A stretch of 64,000 nt of DNA, from IMG/VR virus record IMGVR_UViG_3300042261_001117, positions 25,277 to 89,276 of that record; one strand, 5' to 3'. Position numbers and translations under genes: made by a program. The DNA is from a virus. This document shows, piece after piece, positions 58,476 to 64,000 of the stretch (positions within the stretch are counted from its first letter, which is position 1; the number at the start of each line of letters is the position of its first letter). The notes beneath the pieces were generated by a model that had not been told where the DNA came from, ran no database searches, and was given only the letters and a program-made list of their open reading frames with translations.

Positions 58476-59924
58476 ATGGACACTCAGTTCGCAGATCGCG
58501 ACGTGCTGAACGGCGGCTTCCCGTCGACGGAACTCATGAGCATGTACCAGCAGGTCATGAAGGACATCATGGCCGGTCACCCGGTGCCCGGGTACACCGG
58601 CGGCGGCGCGCTCGGCCCGCTGATGCTGCAGGACATCTCCGGCACGCTGAGCGTCGCCGGGTACAAGACGAAGCACATCAAGTTCTGGCCGCGCGTCCAG
58701 AAGGCGCCCGACAAGCTGCACAACACCGTGCACGAGTTCACGCGCCAGCGCGACTACGGCGACGACCTGCCGTTCTACACGGCAGAGGGCGGCATCGGGC
58801 CCCGCGTCGACGTGTCGATCGAGAGGCTGTTCGCGAAGTGCCGGTTCATGAGCCACATCCGCCGCGTGTCGCACGCAGCGGGGCTCATCAACCCCATCAT
58901 CGGCCCGGCCAAGGACGCCGTCGAGAAGGCCAACTGGGACGCGTCCCGGTGGCAGCTTCGGCAACTCGAGCGCGGCCTGTTCTTCGGCGACTCGACCACG
59001 AACCCCGAGTCGATCGACGGGCTCAAGCACGCGTGCGAGATCGAGGGCAACGTCTACGACATGCAGGGCGCGGCCATCGACACCGACGCGCTCTACAACA
59101 TCACCGTGACGCTGATCCAGAACAAGTTCGGCGACCCCGACGCGATCTGGATGGACTACACGGCGAAGCAGGACCTCGCCAAGGTCTTCCACAACTACGT
59201 CAAGTACGACATCCAGCCCGGCGTGACCGCCGCCAACATCAACGGCGGTGTCAACGCGATCGGCCTGATCGGGCCCGAGAAGCTCGTCAAGTTCGAGCCG
59301 AACGTGTTCCTGGCGCCGGACGGCGCGCCCAGCGACACCGCGCTCGGCGCCGACCAGCCCGCGACGCCCACGATCAAGGTGCAGCCCGCGGCCACGGGCG
59401 ACGCCGCGTCGAAGTTCAACAGCGACGACGAGGGCAACTACTACTACAAGGTGGTGGCGTTCGGTTCCACCGGCGACAACGGCGGCGTGACCGGGTGCAG
59501 CGCGCCCGTGACGTCGAGCGTGGTCGCGGTGACCGAGGGCGACAAGGTCGCGCTGACGATCACGAAGCCCGGCAGCGACAGCGTGGTGTTCTACCGCGTG
59601 TACCGCACGAAGCCCGGCGGCTCGGTGTACTACAAGGTGTTCGACGTGCGGCAGTCGTACTCCGAGGGCGCGGTCGCCGACACGGTCATCACCGACTACA
59701 ACGAGTACCGGCCCGACACCACGACCATGTTCGTCGTCGAGCACGACCCCGAGATCTTCATCTGGCAGCAGTTGATGGGCTTCACCCGCATCCCGTTCGC
59801 GATGACCGAGCAGACGGGGCTGAAGCAGCCGTTCGCCTACGTGCTCTACGGCATGCTCGAGGTGATGGTCCCGTCGAAGATCTACATGATCAAGAACGTC
59901 GGGCGCGAGGTCGTGACCCTGTAG
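58476..59924 (+). CDS. major capsid protein (SPO1/Twort-like, with inserted beta-rich domain)
   Basis: NTVHEF, E.GLFFGD...DGL, FGDPDAIWM, YYYKVVA...YRVYR, C-terminal IKNV. Confidence 0.9.
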   Translation: MDTQFADRDVLNGGFPSTELMSMYQQVMKDIMAGHPVPGYTGGGALGPLMLQDISGTLSVAGYKTKHIKFWPRVQKAPDKLHNTVHEFTRQRDYGDDLPFYTAEGGIGPRVDVSIERLFAKCRFMSHIRRVSHAAGLINPIIGPAKDAVEKANWDASRWQLRQLERGLFFGDSTTNPESIDGLKHACEIEGNVYDMQGAAIDTDALYNITVTLIQNKFGDPDAIWMDYTAKQDLAKVFHNYVKYDIQPGVTAANINGGVNAIGLIGPEKLVKFEPNVFLAPDGAPSDTALGADQPATPTIKVQPAATGDAASKFNSDDEGNYYYKVVAFGSTGDNGGVTGCSAPVTSSVVAVTEGDKVALTITKPGSDSVVFYRVYRTKPGGSVYYKVFDVRQSYSEGAVADTVITDYNEYRPDTTTMFVVEHDPEIFIWQQLMGFTRIPFAMTEQTGLKQPFAYVLYGMLEVMVPSKIYMIKNVGREVVTL

Positions 59925-59933
59925 TGAACGGAG

Positions 59934-59963
59934 GCGGGCGCAGATCGCGAGGTCTGCGCCCGC
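59934..59963 (+). terminator. GNRA-capped hairpin after the capsid gene
   Basis: GCGGGCGCAGATC-GCGA-GGTCTGCGCCCGC; no U tract. Confidence 0.55.
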
Positions 59964-59993
59964 ACGTTCCCGCAGGTCACGCGGGAGGAGCAA

Positions 59994-60812
59994 GTGGCGA
60001 GGAAGAGACCGACCGGCACCGCACCGGCGAGCGTCGTCAACCCGACGACGCCGCAGGCAGACGCCGCGATCGATTCGGCGGAGATGGCCCGACCAGAACC
60101 GCAGCCCGCGCTTCGTGAACCCGAAGTCGTGTGCCGGGCGCTCGCCGGGCAGCCGATGACCATCGGCGTCCATCGTTGCCACGTCGACGCGATCGGCGTG
60201 GTGACGCGCGACGATGGCGAGCCGTTCGACGAGGCGACGCTGGCGAAGTTCCGGCGCCTCCGCGGCTACACCGTCGAGGAGTAGGCCATGACGACGACCG
60301 GGAGCCTGTTCAGCCGTCGCAACCGCCGCAAGAGCCCCGCGATCGACGCGTCGCAGGCGTTCAGCGACACTGCGAAGGCGCACGTCTTCACCGACACCAG
60401 CGACCCGATCGTCTACGCACCGCCCGCGCGCAGCGGCGAGCCGAACCAGTACGAGAACCTCGGGCTGATCGGACCGCTCGATGCAAACGACGACCCGCCG
60501 AGCGAGTGGGAGACGGAGCCCGAAGGGCGCGTCATCGTCGGCAGCGGCATCGGCAAGATCGGCATCTGGCCGGACACGCTGACCGGCTCTGCGAAGGTCG
60601 CGGTGTGGACGAAGGTGCGCGTGGCGTCGATCGAGGAAGGCCACGAAGGCGAAGCATCGTACGTGTGGGTGTGCACCGGCGTCGTCGACCTGGGCGGCGA
60701 CGCGGACCTCGTCGAGGTCGTGGTGCCCACGCGCTTCCGCGACGTGTTCGTGCAGGTCGTCGAAGGCGCCACCGAGGAGACGCCCGTGACGCTGCGCATC
60801 GGCGCCTGCTAG
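59994..60812 (+). other. two virion-region hypothetical CDSs (59994-60284, 60288-60812)
   Basis: RBS and position between capsid and neck genes. Confidence 0.55.
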
Positions 60813-60867
60813 ACGACGCGCCTTCCGTCGTCGGGCTCCGCGCTAGAGCCCTTGGAGGAGGGCGCAG

Positions 60868-61608
60868 ATGGCCGCAACCCCGCTTACCGCTGACTGGCTC
60901 AAGAAGGTGTTCCTGTGGGGCGTGGACCTCACGGAGGACAACAACCTTCCGTACCCGGACGAGTTTTTCGAGCACGCGATCAAGTTCGGCAAGGACTTCT
61001 TCGCCAAGAAGTGCGACGTGCAGGTGCCGCGCAAGACGATCCACGAGCAGCACGACTGGAGCGCTGCTGCGAAGGACGAGTTCTCGCTGCTGCAGCTTCG
61101 GGTGGTGCCGGTGCGGGAGATCGTCGGCGTCACGCTCAAGTACGGGCAGAAGGACATCTGGCGCATCCCGCATGACTGGATCGTCTACGACGAGGACGAG
61201 CCCGAGCAGGTGCAGATCGTCCCGACGACCGGCGCGTACCCGATGAGCGTCGCGGAACTGGCGTTCAGCCAGCACGTCGTGCTGTCGAAGTACCAGCGCT
61301 TCCCGCGGTACTACGAAGTCGAGTACGAGGCAGGGCTCGACGACGAGGACTTCAGCGCCGACGAACTGGACGTGATCGGCAAGTGGGCAGCCATCCAGAT
61401 CCTCAACACCGCGGGTGACCTGATCGCTGGCGCTGGCATCGCGTCGCTGTCGGTCGGGCTCGACGGCGTGTCCACGAGCAAGAGTACGACGTCCTCTGCG
61501 ACGAATGCGGGCTACGGCGCTCGCATCATCCAGTGGCAGAAGGAGATCGCGCACGAGGTGGCGGTCATCCGCTCGCGCTACCACGGGCTGAACATGATGG
61601 TGGTGTAG
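60868..61608 (+). CDS. head-tail adaptor / neck protein
   Basis: LKKVFLWGVDL...GAGIASLSVGLDGVSTS..TTSSA..AGYGARI. Confidence 0.75.
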   Translation: MAATPLTADWLKKVFLWGVDLTEDNNLPYPDEFFEHAIKFGKDFFAKKCDVQVPRKTIHEQHDWSAAAKDEFSLLQLRVVPVREIVGVTLKYGQKDIWRIPHDWIVYDEDEPEQVQIVPTTGAYPMSVAELAFSQHVVLSKYQRFPRYYEVEYEAGLDDEDFSADELDVIGKWAAIQILNTAGDLIAGAGIASLSVGLDGVSTSKSTTSSATNAGYGARIIQWQKEIAHEVAVIRSRYHGLNMMVV

Positions 61609-62442
61609 ATGCCCGCGCCGATCATCGACGACCAGGGGTTTCTGAGCGACGTCTGGTGGATGCCGAAGGTCAACTCTTCGCGCGCCGACGTTGATCCGAA
61701 GCTGCTGCTGGAGCACATCTACAACAAGGGCATCATCGCGACGTGGTGGGCAGCCGCGCGCTGCCCATGCGGAACGCCTGGGCGACCCGCCGATCCAGAT
61801 TGCCCGGTGTGCAGAGGCGACGGGTGGGACTTCTTCGCGTCGCAGGTGGTGCGGGTGCTGGCGGTTGGACTGCGGACGGACCTATCGCTCTTCGAGAAGG
61901 CCAACCTGATGATCCCGGGCAGCGGCGTGTTCTGCGTGCGCCCAGAGCACTCCCCGGCGTTTATGGACCGGCTCGTGCTCGAGCACAGCCGCATCACGCT
62001 GTCCGAGATGCGTGTGCGTCGCGCAACACTCGACGACCCGATCGAGCAGTTGAGCTACCCGATCGTTGGCCAGCCGTACCGGAGAGCGCCGACCGACGAG
62101 GAGCCCAACCCCGAGCCGGGCATGATCGACGTGCTGCTGCTGCGCGCGCAGGACGCGGACGGGCTCGTCGGCGACCCGCTGGTCAACGGCGAGGACTTCG
62201 AGATCGGAGACGGCGGGACCATCGACTGGTCGCTCGGCGACGCCGCGGGCACCGCTCCGCCGGTCGGCAAGCAGTTCTCGATCTACTACAAGACCCGCCC
62301 GGTGTACCGTGTGACCAGCGACTCGCACGTGGTGCGCGACACGATGACGAAGTGGAAGGTGGAGATCCCGGAGCACCAGTACCTGCCGGTGCAGTTCCAA
62401 GCGAAGCTCGAGTGGAACTGGCGGGCGGACGAGGGAGCATGA
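61609..62442 (+). CDS. neck / head-closure protein
   Basis: AARCPC...DCPVCRGDGW motif typical of SPO1-like neck genes; synteny. Confidence 0.7.
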   Translation: MPAPIIDDQGFLSDVWWMPKVNSSRADVDPKLLLEHIYNKGIIATWWAAARCPCGTPGRPADPDCPVCRGDGWDFFASQVVRVLAVGLRTDLSLFEKANLMIPGSGVFCVRPEHSPAFMDRLVLEHSRITLSEMRVRRATLDDPIEQLSYPIVGQPYRRAPTDEEPNPEPGMIDVLLLRAQDADGLVGDPLVNGEDFEIGDGGTIDWSLGDAAGTAPPVGKQFSIYYKTRPVYRVTSDSHVVRDTMTKWKVEIPEHQYLPVQFQAKLEWNWRADEGA

Positions 62443-63236
62443 GCGCAGAAGTAGAAGCGCCGTTCACGCGGGAAGACCTGCTGCTGGCGTTCCGCGCCAC
62501 GCGTGCGGACCTGTCTGCGTGGGTGGCGCAGGTGGCGTGGGACGCTCACCGCCAACTGACAACGCTGGCCCAGCAGCGGCTCAAGACGTCGCTCCGCGAC
62601 TACCAAGAGGGCATCCAGCCGGTGGTCGAGAACGGCATGAGCGCGTCGTTCTCGCTGGTGGGCTGGCTGCCGAACGCGGTGGAGTGGGGCTGCGAGCCGT
62701 ACGACATGCGGACGACGCTGCTGCACGGTCCGAACGCGCAGGTCGTTCCGCGTGGGCAGCCCGGCATCCACGATGGCAAGAAGGGGCGCTACCGGTCGAT
62801 CCCGTTCCGCCACTACACGCCGGGATCGAGTGGGTACGAGGGTTCGGTTATGGGGATGCCGTACGAGCAGATGCTGGGGCCCGACGCCGCGCGGAAGCTC
62901 GGGCAGCAGGTCTACAATACGATGCGAGCGCGAGTGGCCGCAGCGAAGGCGAGCGGCTCCGCAAAGACGGTGCGTCTGCCAGCGTCTGCCGGTGGCCCGC
63001 TGCTTCGCCCGCACCACTCGACCGGCATCTACACCGGAATGGTCCGTCCGGAGCGCGCGTACAAGGGCACAACGCAGGGCTTCTACCAGACGTTTCGCAC
63101 CATCTCGGACGGCAACCCGGTGGGGTGGATGCACCCGGGCATCGAGCCGCAAGGGCTGATGATGGCCACGGTGTCGTACCTCGAGCAGACGGCGGGAGCC
63201 ACGCTCGTGGAGATCATGACCGCAGGTGACGCATGA
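62439..63236 (+). CDS. putative neck / tail completion protein
   Basis: PNAVEWG..PYDM, IPFRH, TFRTISD and WMHPG; synteny. Confidence 0.65.
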   Translation: MSAEVEAPFTREDLLLAFRATRADLSAWVAQVAWDAHRQLTTLAQQRLKTSLRDYQEGIQPVVENGMSASFSLVGWLPNAVEWGCEPYDMRTTLLHGPNAQVVPRGQPGIHDGKKGRYRSIPFRHYTPGSSGYEGSVMGMPYEQMLGPDAARKLGQQVYNTMRARVAAAKASGSAKTVRLPASAGGPLLRPHHSTGIYTGMVRPERAYKGTTQGFYQTFRTISDGNPVGWMHPGIEPQGLMMATVSYLEQTAGATLVEIMTAGDA

Positions 63237-63925
63237 ACGACGGCGTCGACAAGATCGTGGCGGACTACCTCGAGCGCGTGAAGGTCACGCTGCTGACCGA
63301 CGACGCGCTGTGGACGCGACTGCTTGGACGATCGCTCGACGCAGCGACGATCGCTGTGGTGCGGGACTCGTTCCGCGGTGCGAAGGAGCACGTGGCCACG
63401 CCCACGGTGGTGCTGGCGTACCCGCGCAGCCGCCAGCCGTGGCCCGTGTGGTGCGTGGTCCTGCTCGAGGACACACCCGACGAGGAACTGCTCGGAGAGA
63501 GCGAAGGCATCGAGCGTGACGACGAGACCGGCGAGGACGTCGAGGTGCAGACGATCGTGAGCCGCCAGACGGTGGCGATCATGGTCATCGACAATCGCAA
63601 CCCCGACATCGCTCGGTGGCAGTCGATGCTGGTGAAGCGCGCGATGATGATGGGGCTCGACGAGATCCTCAGCGACGAGGAAAACTCCGTCAGCGGGATG
63701 TACTTCAGCGGCATGGGCGACATGCCGCCGATGCCGTGGCTGCCGGAGGAACTGTACGGGCGCACGCAGCGGTGGTCGTTTGTCGTCGCGGAGAGCGTCG
63801 CGAGCGGCTACGACGGGCTGGTGCGCGGGCCTCTGTACGTAGGAGCGGAAGGCTTCGTCCTCGACGAGGATGGCGAGGTGACCGGCGGTGGGCACGCGTA
63901 CAGCGCCCGCGAGGACGAGGAGTAG
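63233..63925 (+). CDS. putative tail terminator protein
   Basis: Synteny after neck genes; acidic. Confidence 0.5.
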   Translation: MNDGVDKIVADYLERVKVTLLTDDALWTRLLGRSLDAATIAVVRDSFRGAKEHVATPTVVLAYPRSRQPWPVWCVVLLEDTPDEELLGESEGIERDDETGEDVEVQTIVSRQTVAIMVIDNRNPDIARWQSMLVKRAMMMGLDEILSDEENSVSGMYFSGMGDMPPMPWLPEELYGRTQRWSFVVAESVASGYDGLVRGPLYVGAEGFVLDEDGEVTGGGHAYSAREDEE

Positions 63926-63935
63926 GCGCCGGGGC

Positions 63936-63964
63936 TTGTGCCGAACCGGCGCTGTGGGTAGAAT
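63936..63964 (+). promoter_or_regulatory. putative promoter of the next (tail) operon
   Basis: TTGTGC-N17-TAGAAT, GGAGG, ATG at 63991. Confidence 0.55.
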
Positions 63965-64000
63965 CGAGCGGACACGCGGAGGGACAGGCCATGCCGGAGC

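Noticed and set aside
1-64000. Stop-codon reassignment
   Set aside because: Conserved genes are full length in code 11 and end at TGA or TAG with normal overlaps

Overview
The whole window is part of a large, very GC-rich tailed-phage genome (roughly 68-70% GC by eye, not computed). No host housekeeping genes or integrase are visible, and almost all genes are on the + strand. 1-21.6 kb: VWA protein, SNF2 helicase, SbcD/SbcC, a replication initiator with internal iterons, RuvC-like resolvase, radical SAM protein, YhaM-like HD nuclease and three DNA methyltransferases. 21.7-33.9 kb: small accessory genes including a low-GC HNH, ASCH-like and NlpC/P60 proteins and a Gly-X repeat protein. 34-36.4 kb: terminase. 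36.4-43.9 kb: a second accessory island with tRNA-Ala(TGC) and a fourth methyltransferase. 44-64 kb: a SPO1/Twort-like head module (portal, MuF, protease-scaffold, major capsid, neck). The best candidate for an undescribed system is five modular proteins around the portal that share a G[KP]RGG[KQ]I[IV]G..P[IV]Y tag. Three of them also carry DUF2924/RAMA-like domains and Pro-rich linkers, and the payloads differ (HExxH peptidase, InPase-like, DUF5661-like). A second candidate is an interleaved A-B-UUCG-A'-B' RNA leader architecture that occurs twice with different sequences. All family assignments come from motif recognition by eye; no searches were run.
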